DNA of 64,000 nucleotides from the NCBI GenBank assembly GCA_963719515.1, contig CAVRCJ010000010.1:320001-384000 (forward strand), given 5' to 3'. A model generated the notes under the pieces. It was not told the origin of the DNA, made no database searches, and saw nothing but the letters and a program-made list of their open reading frames with translations. Each line of letters starts with the position of its first letter. Position 1 is the stretch's first letter. Shown here one piece after another: positions 7,852-16,376 of the stretch. Source of the stretch: an uncultured cyanobacterium. Its GTDB lineage: Bacteria > Cyanobacteriota > Cyanobacteriia > CAKZMO01. Both the position numbers and the translations under genes were made by a program.

Positions 7852-10800
7852 TTAATCGCTGATTCCCTGAAGGGCCTTTTGCTGCTCTTCCAAAATCCAA
7901 TCCGCGTCGGGGGTGAGTTCTAAGGCGCGTTCGAAATCGGTTAGGGCCTGCTCGTAGCGTTCTGTCTGCCGATAAGCTGTGCCGCGCTTGGCGATCGCCC
8001 AGGCATAGTCATTATTTAGCTCAATAGCCCGGTCGAAGTCTGTTAGAGCTTCTTCATAGCGCACCATCAAACGGTAAGTTTCGCCGCGGCTAGCGATCGC
8101 CCAGTCATCGCTAGGGGCGAGTTCAATGGCTCGATTGAGGTCTGTCAGAGCTTCTTCATAGCGTTCTATTTTGCGGTAGGCGTCGCCACGGTTACCAATT
8201 GCGATCGCATATTGAGGGTCGATGTCGATGGCTTGGGTGTAGTCTGCAATGGCCGCGTCTAAGTCGCCCTGGTCGCTGCGAGCATTGCCGCGATTGTTGT
8301 AAGCGATCGCATATTGAGGGTCGATGTCGATGGCTTGGGTGTAGTCTGCAATGGCCGCGTCTAAGTCGCCCTGGTCGCTGCGAGCATTGCCGCGATTGTT
8401 GTAAGCGAACGCATATTGAGGGTCGAGGTCGATAGCTTGGGTGTAGTCTGCAATGGCCCCATCTAAGTCGCCCTGGGCTCTGCGAGCATTGCCGCGATTT
8501 TTATAGAAAAGCGCTTTTTGGGGCTCGAGTTCAATAGCTTGAGTAAAATCTCTAATCGCTCCTCGGCCATCGCCTTGTGCTTCGCGGGCAAGGCCACGGC
8601 TATTGTAGGCACATGGAACACATGAAGCGGGAGGTTGAATCTCGATAGCTTGAGTAAGATCCTCAATAGCCTGCTCTAGATTTCCCTCGCCAAAATGAAT
8701 CTGCCCACGAGCATAGTACCCATAGGCATTCTCGGGATCAAGGTCAATAGCCTGGCTGAAATTCTTTACTGCTTCCTCATAGCGTTCTAGCTCTTCATAA
8801 GCTTCTCCCAAATGGATATAAGCATTCACCAAACTAGGCCTAACCTCTACAGCACGAGAGTAGTCTTCAATGGCTCCTACAATATCACCTTGTGCTTTGC
8901 GGACAAGGCCACGACCAACATAAGCACATGGAACACACGGAGCAGGAGGTTGAATTTCAATAGCCTGAGTAAAATCTTCAATGGCCTGCTCTAACTTATC
9001 CTGGCCATAGTAAAGGCTAGCTCGCCAATAGTAAGCATCAGAAAATTGAGGATCAAGCTCGATAGTTCGAGTATAATCCTCAGTAGCTCCTACAATATCG
9101 TCTTGTTCAATACTGTTGCGCTCACGGCGAGCCCTGCCGCGATAATAGTAAGTAATTGCATCCAAAGGATTATAAGATATAGCACGGTCAAAATCCCCAA
9201 TTGCCGCTTGCAAGTTACCTTGATTTCTATAAACAACGCCACGTAATTTGTGAAGCTCTCCTCTTTTCTCTCTGTTCGAGGTTTTTTCGAGCTTACGCGA
9301 GTAATAGCTAATGGCATAGTCGAAATCGGCGAGCGATTTCTCTTCGTTTCCTTGACGCTCATGAATAAGGCCACGAGTAAGATATGCCTCTGGATACTCA
9401 GGCTGAAGCGCTATAGCAGAATTTACTTGTTCTAACGCAAGCGGGTAATTCTCTGAAATTAGCAGTGAGATACCTATGTAATGATAAGCGTCTGCGTCTT
9501 CAGGATAAATCTCAAGTAACGTATTACTAGCTATAGCAATAATTTCAGCTTCTTCTCTCTCTAAAACAAGGCCGGCTGATGGCAAGGGCTCTACATTTAA
9601 TGATTGGCGCGAGCCCTCAACTGCATTGGCAGTCGTTGCATTTCCTAATTGTATAGGCGTGAGCGAGTTGCCGCTAAATAAATTCCACGTTAACGTAGAA
9701 AGTGTGTTTCTCAAATTCTCTGCTGTTACTGTATTTGGCTCAATCTCAAGCGCCCGTGTATAAGATTTTACGGCTTCAAGTACGCGCCTAGAACTCAGAA
9801 AAGCATTGCCACGCCCAACATGAGCGATGTGATTATCTGAACTGATATCTATAACCGCGTCGAAGCTTTGTAGGGCAAGATCAAAATCCCCCATTTGTGT
9901 ATGAAATTCTCCTTTAGCTATTAGAGCGTGTAAATTGTCAGAGTTTTCTCTTAGAATTTTATTAAGCTGAGCGATCGCCTCTTCACGATTCCCTTGGGCA
10001 AAACTAGACACAGCAGCAGTTATCGGAAAAATATCTTCCAAATCGCGCTCTTGCTCGGCAATATTAGCTTGTAGTATATCGGCCTCTTCTTCGGCTGCTT
10101 CGACGTCACGTAAAGCCTGCTCACGATCTGTCTGTGCAATAGTCAAATCGCCCCGAGCTTCAGACAAATTTTGTCGTGCTACTTCGGCTTGCTGCTGTGC
10201 TGAAGCTTGTTCGGCCTGAGCCTGTTTCGCGTCCTGGGTAGCTTGCTGATTTTGCCGCTTTAAAGCATTGTTGGTGTTTTGTAACCCGCTATTCTCCCCG
10301 GCCAATGTCTGATTTTTAGCTTGTAGCTCGCTCTGCTCATCTTGGACACCTTTTAGCTCCCGCAAGGCATCTGATTTGTCACCCTCAGCTTGTTGAGACA
10401 CCTGTAAAGCATTTTGCTTTTCGCGCTCAGCCTGCTGTGATTCCTGCTTAGACTCCTCAGCAAGAATTCGCTGCTCCGACGCTTCACGGGAAGCCACGTC
10501 TGCCCTGTTAATAGCCCAGCCCGAAAATATAGCCAATAGGCCCAACAGGCCAACACCTGCACCTGCTGCCCTACGACTAACCTTCTGCACCTGTTCCAGT
10601 TTCTGCCGCGCGATCGCAAGCTGCCCATTCGTCTCCTCCAGCGCCAGATTCCGCGCCTCCAGCCGCTGACTCGCCGCCGCCACCGCCGCCCGTTTCTCCT
10701 CCAGCTCCCGCCGCAGTCCCAGCTTCTGGCTCTCCACCAAATACTCATAATCCTGCTTGCTCAAGCTCCGCGACTCCGCCCAGTCCAGCGCCGCCCCAAG

Positions 10801-11988
10801 CGCCGCCCCCTGCAGCAAATCCCCATCCGATCGCGTCCCCAACCAAGCCTCAATCTCCTCCCCATAGGGCCGCAAATCCCCCAGCGCCTTCGCCACCCAA
10901 CCCGCCGAAAACACTGAGCCATAGATCGGGTTATGCACGCACAGCAGCCCGCCACACTCCACCACCACACCCGCCAGCCGCAGCTCCATCTGCTGACCGC
11001 TCGCATCCGCCTCAATCTCTTCTCCTTCTAAAACCTGCCGGTACAGCCCCAGCCGTCGCCCCTCCGTCGCCTTCACCCGCTCATCCAGCAGGCGATCGCG
11101 TATCGTCCGCAAATGCTCCGGCTCGTCCTGCGCCTCCCAATTCTCAATCACCCGCTCCCGCACCAAGTTCTCCACCATCACCGCCTCATCCCCGGCAGCA
11201 ATAAACGGCAACCCCTGAACCATCCCGCAAATCTTCTGCGTCAAAAACGGTTGCCCATTTGTCCAGTGCAGCACCGCCCTCAGCACCGCCTCCGGCTGCG
11301 CCGCAAAAGGCCATAGCCCCGCCACTAGTGGCCCCGTCTCTTGCGCCTCAAACCCCCGCAGCGCGATCGCATGCCCCACGTTAAACGGCGTCCGCTGCTT
11401 ATCTTCGATTAAATCCGACGGCGTCGCCACCCCCAACAAGCAAAACGTCAGCCGCTTAAACGCCGGCTTATCCGCCCGCTGGTTATAGCAATTGCGAATA
11501 ATCGTAAAAAAGTTATCCAGAGAAAACGACAAGCTCAGCACCGTGTCGATCTCGTCAATAAACACGGCGATCGGCTGCTGCACCTCCCGCAGCACCACCA
11601 TCTCCAAAAACTCCCCCAGCCGCTGCACCGCCGGGATTTCATTCCGCTCTCGCCACCACTGGCGAAAGTTCACCCGCGCCGTCAGCCCCAGCTCTTGCGC
11701 TAGCCTACGCGTGAACCCCGCATACCACCGGTCTGGCGTAATATCCTTGCCGCCCCCCACCTGCGTCAGGTCAATGGCCGCACAGGCCACTCCCTCCGCC
11801 TTCAGCCGCCCCATCGTCTGCACCCGTAGACTAGACTTGCCCATCTGCCGCGAATTCAGCACATAGCAAAACTCCCCGGCTTTGAGGCGATCGTACAGCT
11901 CATCATCCGCCTGCCGCTTCACATAGCTGGGCGCATCCGCCGGTAAGCTGCCGCCAACTTGGTAGGTATACTGCGAGCTCTGGGACAT
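7852..11988 (-). CDS. AAA_35 (AAA-like/STAND) NTPase - TM - coiled coil - TPR repeat protein
   Basis: [15 protein letters not shown], Walker [11 protein letters not shown], Walker [10 protein letters not shown], hydrophobic segment [18 protein letters not shown]-rich coil, many AYxxRG..A..D..AI TPRs. Confidence 0.9.
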   Translation of the reverse strand: MSQSSQYTYQVGGSLPADAPSYVKRQADDELYDRLKAGEFCYVLNSRQMGKSSLRVQTMGRLKAEGVACAAIDLTQVGGGKDITPDRWYAGFTRRLAQELGLTARVNFRQWWRERNEIPAVQRLGEFLEMVVLREVQQPIAVFIDEIDTVLSLSFSLDNFFTIIRNCYNQRADKPAFKRLTFCLLGVATPSDLIEDKQRTPFNVGHAIALRGFEAQETGPLVAGLWPFAAQPEAVLRAVLHWTNGQPFLTQKICGMVQGLPFIAAGDEAVMVENLVRERVIENWEAQDEPEHLRTIRDRLLDERVKATEGRRLGLYRQVLEGEEIEADASGQQMELRLAGVVVECGGLLCVHNPIYGSVFSAGWVAKALGDLRPYGEEIEAWLGTRSDGDLLQGAALGAALDWAESRSLSKQDYEYLVESQKLGLRRELEEKRAAVAAASQRLEARNLALEETNGQLAIARQKLEQVQKVSRRAAGAGVGLLGLLAIFSGWAINRADVASREASEQRILAEESKQESQQAEREKQNALQVSQQAEGDKSDALRELKGVQDEQSELQAKNQTLAGENSGLQNTNNALKRQNQQATQDAKQAQAEQASAQQQAEVARQNLSEARGDLTIAQTDREQALRDVEAAEEEADILQANIAEQERDLEDIFPITAAVSSFAQGNREEAIAQLNKILRENSDNLHALIAKGEFHTQMGDFDLALQSFDAVIDISSDNHIAHVGRGNAFLSSRRVLEAVKSYTRALEIEPNTVTAENLRNTLSTLTWNLFSGNSLTPIQLGNATTANAVEGSRQSLNVEPLPSAGLVLEREEAEIIAIASNTLLEIYPEDADAYHYIGISLLISENYPLALEQVNSAIALQPEYPEAYLTRGLIHERQGNEEKSLADFDYAISYYSRKLEKTSNREKRGELHKLRGVVYRNQGNLQAAIGDFDRAISYNPLDAITYYYRGRARRERNSIEQDDIVGATEDYTRTIELDPQFSDAYYWRASLYYGQDKLEQAIEDFTQAIEIQPPAPCVPCAYVGRGLVRKAQGDIVGAIEDYSRAVEVRPSLVNAYIHLGEAYEELERYEEAVKNFSQAIDLDPENAYGYYARGQIHFGEGNLEQAIEDLTQAIEIQPPASCVPCAYNSRGLAREAQGDGRGAIRDFTQAIELEPQKALFYKNRGNARRAQGDLDGAIADYTQAIDLDPQYAFAYNNRGNARSDQGDLDAAIADYTQAIDIDPQYAIAYNNRGNARSDQGDLDAAIADYTQAIDIDPQYAIAIGNRGDAYRKIERYEEALTDLNRAIELAPSDDWAIASRGETYRLMVRYEEALTDFDRAIELNNDYAWAIAKRGTAYRQTERYEQALTDFERALELTPDADWILEEQQKALQGISD
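8201..8500. repeat. 102-bp tandem repeats (TPR units): two identical plus one diverged
   Basis: 8201-8302 is identical to 8303-8404; the third unit starts at 8405. Confidence 0.95.
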
Positions 11989-12123
11989 GGGGCCTATAAG
12001 ATAATCGCGTCAACAAAATCTGTATAGTCTCCCTTGGTAAGGGGGACGCCGAAGGCGGGGGTCAAGCAAAACTGCTATCTAGCCAGAATAGTCCAACTTT
12101 TTCTGCAGCCCCTACTTTTTTAA

Positions 12124-12545
12124 CTTTTAGACGGGAAGTCCCGCGCTGTATGCGCAGCATCAGCGTCGGGATGAAAGGCGCGTGAGCCAAAGGCGAACAA
12201 TCCTTATTCATGCTAGAATGTATACATATCAACTGTTTGCAAGGTTTTCCACCCCTCCAAAGTGTTCGTCGAGAAAAATATCACCCATAGAAAACGTAAC
12301 GGTGACGCGACACAGTTTTTGGAAGAAAGGAAGCTCAAAAAAGTAGTCTGTCTGGGGTTGGTCATTGCCTGGACGTAAAATAAATTGCCTGTGGATGGGA
12401 TCTAATCGGGGTCATACAGCTTGCTGTTTGGCTAGACAAGACCAGGAGAAGCAGGAAACTTTCTTGTGCGGTACCCATTCATTTGTGGTGCGCGAGCCAA
12501 GAAGCCCGCGCTCTATTCGTAGAATGAGCGTCGGGAGTATGTCAC
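12124..12545 (+). mobile_element. Non-autonomous IS200/IS605-family mini-element (422 bp), copy B
   Basis: TTTAA|CTTTTAGACGGGAAGTCCCGCGCTG... to ...GAGCGTCGGGAGTATGTCAC; inverted relative to copy A. Confidence 0.9.
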
Positions 12546-12565
12546 GTTTTCTTCTCTTAGCGATC
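12382..12565 (+). ncRNA. Putative TnpB omega-RNA (reRNA) scaffold plus flank-derived guide
   Basis: Shares AAATTGCCTGTGGA...CGGGG...CTAG...AGAAGCAGGAA...GAAGCCCGCGCTC blocks with the 3' end of the tnpB element, with different but pairing stems. 5' boundary uncertain. Confidence 0.6.
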
Positions 12566-13175
12566 GCGCAAACCGCTTCAAAATTTGTAGCACCACCGCC
12601 AAGTCATTGCGGCTATCGATGGCAAACAGATCCGACTGCCCGTAGTACGGCTGCGGCTGAGCTACCAGCTTGAGAAAGCGAAACGTAGACCCATTGCTCA
12701 CAAACCCAAACGTCGGCTGCGAACCATTGGGGCTACCCAGCATATAGGCCAGCGCTTGCGGAATCGCCGTTTCCACAGAATACGCCACCTGCTTCGACTC
12801 AATCACCGTTACCCAAAAGGGTGGAGAAAACGCTAGCAAATCAATTCGCCCCCGAACCACCAATCCCTCATCCTCAGAGGCGATCGCCACCTCTTTTTCA
12901 GCCGCTAGATAGAAGGGCGGTTGGTAGAAGGTGGCTAGCCTTAGCAGCGGCGACAGCACCACCATCTTCACCATCGGCTCCAGCATCGAATACTGCGATA
13001 GGTGGCGATACTCTGCCTTCACCTCAGCGATCGCCTGCTGCTCTGCTACCGTTAATTCGGGTAAGTCCGTTTGCCACTCGGGGAAAAACTGCTCGTCGTC
13101 GCTGCGCGTGAGGCCAAAGCTGTCCTGCAAATCGGGCAGCGTTATCTGACTAGCGGGAATTGCTTGAACCATCAC
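12513..13175 (-). CDS. PD-(D/E)XK restriction-endonuclease-like protein (HsdR N-terminal-like); last codons supplied by the IS right end
   Basis: RGRIDLL...VIESK...QALAYM...GFVSNG..FRFLKL motifs. Confidence 0.75.
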   Translation of the reverse strand: MMVQAIPASQITLPDLQDSFGLTRSDDEQFFPEWQTDLPELTVAEQQAIAEVKAEYRHLSQYSMLEPMVKMVVLSPLLRLATFYQPPFYLAAEKEVAIASEDEGLVVRGRIDLLAFSPPFWVTVIESKQVAYSVETAIPQALAYMLGSPNGSQPTFGFVSNGSTFRFLKLVAQPQPYYGQSDLFAIDSRNDLAVVLQILKRFARSLREENVTYSRRSFYE

Positions 13176-13258
13176 TCAATCCTCCATCGCTGACATATTT
13201 ATCATATCTACCCTGCCCTATCGGAAAGGCAAATAGCCTATCTCCCCAACCGATCGCC

Positions 13259-13324
13259 GTACGGGCGGGTTTAGCAAAAACGCCTCGGTCTTGACCAAAA
13301 CGTAACTGCCAAACCCGCCCCGAC
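13259..13324. repeat. Inverted REP-like pair
   Basis: gtacgggcgggttt (13259-13272) ... aaacccgccccgac (13311-13324). Confidence 0.65.
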
Positions 13325-13335
13325 GTATTTATCTT

Positions 13336-14873
13336 TTATCCCCCCAACCGATCGCCAAAATACCGCCGATATAAATCGCACCGGGGCACCACCTCATTGC
13401 CCCGCAAATGCACCACCCCCATACTATGCAGCTGAAACGCCTGCACCGACTCCAGCCGCACCGCTTCTCGTGCCGTCATCACCCGCCGAATCGCCCCCAC
13501 CATTTCCGAGCGCTGCTGCAAATTCCACAGGTGCCGCCGCAGGTGGTCACCGTAGGGTCCTTCCTCCGTCGGCGCAATTTCCAGCAGCTTATCCAAGGTT
13601 GTTTCTTTGCGGGCGATCGCATACAGCGCCACGCGCACCAAATAGGGGTGCCCCCCCACCATCGCCATCAGCCGCTCGGTCTCCTCCTCTCCCCAGTTCA
13701 AACCGTGCCGCTGGGCCAAATCCTGCACCTGTCCCGCGCCAAACTCCACCAGCTCAATCGGCAGCCCCACGTTAAAGGGCGACTGGTTAATATTCATGGG
13801 GATGTACACCTCCGTCGACTACACCACCACCAGCCGCAGCTGCTTCCACAGGTCATCCACCTTCGCCGACTCGTGCCAGGCCCGCAGCAGCCCCATAAAA
13901 TCCGCCGCGATGTTGGGGTGCTCAAACACCATGTCTACCTCGTCTAGCCCCAGCACCAGCGGCGAAGACAGGTTGGGCAGCAGGTACTCCTCAAAGTAGG
14001 CGGTGCAGTTGTCCTTCGCGCCAAAAATCTCCGCATCCCAGTAGTCCTTCAGCTTGTTGGGCAGCTTCAGCCGCCGGGCAATGCTGGCGCAAAACCAGCG
14101 CAAAAACTTGTCCAAATCCGAGAGATGGCCGCATCCGCCAGTTGAAAGCTGAGGGGCACCGTAGGCACGCCGCTTTCCGCGCTGCTGGCATGCAGCAAAA
14201 TCCGCGACATCAGCGAGGTTTTGCCCATCTGGCGCGGGGCCTTGATGCGGATCAGCGCGCCGGGCTTCAGCACCGTCTCGTAGCAGTTGGCCTCCAGCGG
14301 CGGGCGCTCCACATAATACTGCGAGGCTAAATCTACCTGTCCCCCCGGCAGCTCCGGCGGCGCAACGGGGACCGGGGGCGCTCGGGCTGGTCGATTAGCG
14401 GGCCTGAATCAGGCTGTGACTCGGGTTTAGGCGGCGCTGTCCGCTGGCCTTCTACGATCTCCAAAATATCCTGCAGCACGCGGGGCGTGTCTTCGGGCGA
14501 TCGCCACTGTCCCTGCTGGATGGGGTTGAGGTAACCCCGCAGGTCGTAGTTCATGGGGGATTCAAACGGAAAATTGACCCGAATCGGCAAGAGCTTGGGC
14601 TTGTCTAACTCTCGGGTATCCCGCAGCTCCCGGGCCCGCCGTACCTCTTCGGTCACCATCTCGCTGGTGGCCGACTGGGGCGACAGCAACAGCACAAAGT
14701 AATCGCAGCGTTCCAGCGCCTGATCAATGCGGGCGGACCAGTTGTCCCCCAGGCGAATGCTCTCCGCCGCCATGAATACCTCGTGCCCGGCACCCTGGAG
14801 CACCCGGTGAAATTCCCCCTGCCAGGTCGCTATCGGGCGGCTGACTGCGGTAGCTAATGAAGATGTGAGTCAT
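13336..14873 (-). pseudogene. TIR domain - AAA_35 NTPase, broken by three frameshifts and one in-frame TAG
   Basis: MTHIFISYRS..., DYFVLLLS...SEMVTEEV (TIR); YVERPP, APRQMGKTSL, LVLGLDEVD, NQSPFNVG, GGHPYL. Breaks near 14818, 14375 and 14122; stop at 13819-13821. Confidence 0.9.
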
Positions 14874-15062
14874 GTTTGGGCGCGGGCGCGGGTATCACCA
14901 TCAGCATAGTTCAGAGTTTTCTACAGTCTACAATTTTTTAGATTTCTCTCTTGCTCGATAGCCACCGCCGGAACACCAAAGCGCTGAAATCGGACCATAT
15001 CGCTGCTGCACGAACTGATGGGGATGAGGCGCTGTCGGTGATTGATAGGGTCGAGCCCACAG

Positions 15063-15530
15063 TCAAGACGTAATTAGCAGCGCTTCGGGCTGAAACTGCC
15101 TATCCTCATCAAGCCTCCAACACAGCACATCCCGAGGGACGCCATGATGGACGGACACAATGATATATGAATAGTGGGACCAGGCGACCAGGCGATCGCA
15201 CTCTGAGGGCAGCGCCGGGTGGTCGGGGTGGGAATGGATGATGCCGATGATGTCGAGCTCTAAGTCGCGGGCGTCTTTTTGAGCCTTCAGCATATCTCTG
15301 GGATCGATGGTGTAGCGGCTGGTTTTGGTGCGGGCTTCAGCGGCTTGGCGGGCGTCGGTGATGTTTTCTGCGGCGGACCAGACGTTGGGCACGAGGCGTA
15401 CTTCAACAAGTTGACGAATCGCATCGCTTTCACTTCGGCCCAGCAGAATGCCGCAGCCCTCTTCGGGGTAGGCTTGCTCGCCGCAGTGGGCGATCGCCTC
15501 CATATGCTCGGGGGTCAGCCGCAAGACCAT
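15063..15530 (-). CDS. Mov34/MPN/JAB (M67 family) metallopeptidase
   Basis: YPEEGCG and GIIHSHPDHPALPSECD JAMM motif. Confidence 0.92.
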   Translation of the reverse strand: MVLRLTPEHMEAIAHCGEQAYPEEGCGILLGRSESDAIRQLVEVRLVPNVWSAAENITDARQAAEARTKTSRYTIDPRDMLKAQKDARDLELDIIGIIHSHPDHPALPSECDRLVAWSHYSYIIVSVHHGVPRDVLCWRLDEDRQFQPEALLITS

Positions 15531-15545
15531 CGCACCACTCCCCTG

Positions 15546-16373
15546 CTATCGCTTCTTTTTCTTGGTGCTTTTCTTCGCGGCCCCAAACCCTTTCACCGAT
15601 GCCAGCGGTGGTGATGGAAACTGCGGTATCTCTTTAGCCTTGAGCGCGACATATCTTCTGGCAGCCTTAAGCCTCTCCGAGACTTTCGGCTTTAGCTGCT
15701 TTGGCGTAAAGTCTGACTCTTGTTTCAGCCCCAGCCTCACCTGCACCATTGGCCAACTTGTGGCAATCGTTTCGTCAATCTCTTTACTAGAAAAAACAGT
15801 TTCAATGAGCGGAGCCGCTTCTGCCGCCTTAAGCTCGGCCAGAGTATCAATCAGACACGAATCTAGGAAATCGTCTTCTCGACTCTCGTGGTTTTCCAGC
15901 TCCGCCATCAGCCGTTCGATGCAGCTCTGGCGATGCTGAGGATGTTTTGTCGCGATCGCTTCAAGACAGGCCATGAAGAAGATCCGATCGTGGGCAGCAT
16001 GCCGCGAGTTGTGAAAGTATTTTGCGGTGGGTGCGATCGCGCTTTCCCCGATCAATCCGATGGCTTCGGGGATATTCTGCTTGAAGTAATCGTCGTCTTG
16101 CAGCAGTAGCTTGAGCAAGGGGGCGATCGCCTCTTCTGCGCGAAGCTGCCCCAGAGCCCGAACGGCATGGATAGGGGCCCACGACGCTTTATTTGTCTCA
16201 GCAAGTTGGTCAAATAGCGGATCGCAGGCCATGCGAATCAGCTCAGGGGCATCAGCCTCCGTCAACCCAAAGCGCTCAGGGTAGTTCACCCAGCTTTCAG
16301 CCTTGTACTTGTTGTAGCTAGCGTCACAGTCTAGTAGCGCAGCGACAGATCCGGTATACGACTCTAACCCCAT
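15546..16373 (-). CDS. HEAT-repeat / DUF1186-like protein
   Basis: WAPIHAVRALGQLRAEEAIAPLL helical repeats; basic KGFG..KKKKR tail. Confidence 0.6.
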   Translation of the reverse strand: MGLESYTGSVAALLDCDASYNKYKAESWVNYPERFGLTEADAPELIRMACDPLFDQLAETNKASWAPIHAVRALGQLRAEEAIAPLLKLLLQDDDYFKQNIPEAIGLIGESAIAPTAKYFHNSRHAAHDRIFFMACLEAIATKHPQHRQSCIERLMAELENHESREDDFLDSCLIDTLAELKAAEAAPLIETVFSSKEIDETIATSWPMVQVRLGLKQESDFTPKQLKPKVSERLKAARRYVALKAKEIPQFPSPPLASVKGFGAAKKSTKKKKR

Positions 16374-16376
16374 AGT

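Noticed and set aside
8201..8960. Repeated TPR DNA as a diversity-generating retroelement template/variable pair
   Set aside because: No reverse transcriptase in the window, and the differences are not adenine-specific.
12218..12346. 42-aa ORF inside the mini-element (MYTYQLFARF...)
   Set aside because: The ATG overlaps the predicted -10 box, there is no RBS and no recognisable motif; its presence in both copies is explained by their near identity.
4665..12545. Inverted mini-IS pair as a composite transposon or an already inverted segment
   Set aside because: IS200/IS605 transposition needs left and right ends on the same strand. The empty site of copy B also reconstructs an intact gene end, so no inversion has occurred.
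7798..13821. In-frame TAG codons as stop-codon recoding
   Set aside because: TAG terminates many normal genes here (moeB, prs, rpiA), and no suppressor tRNA is present.
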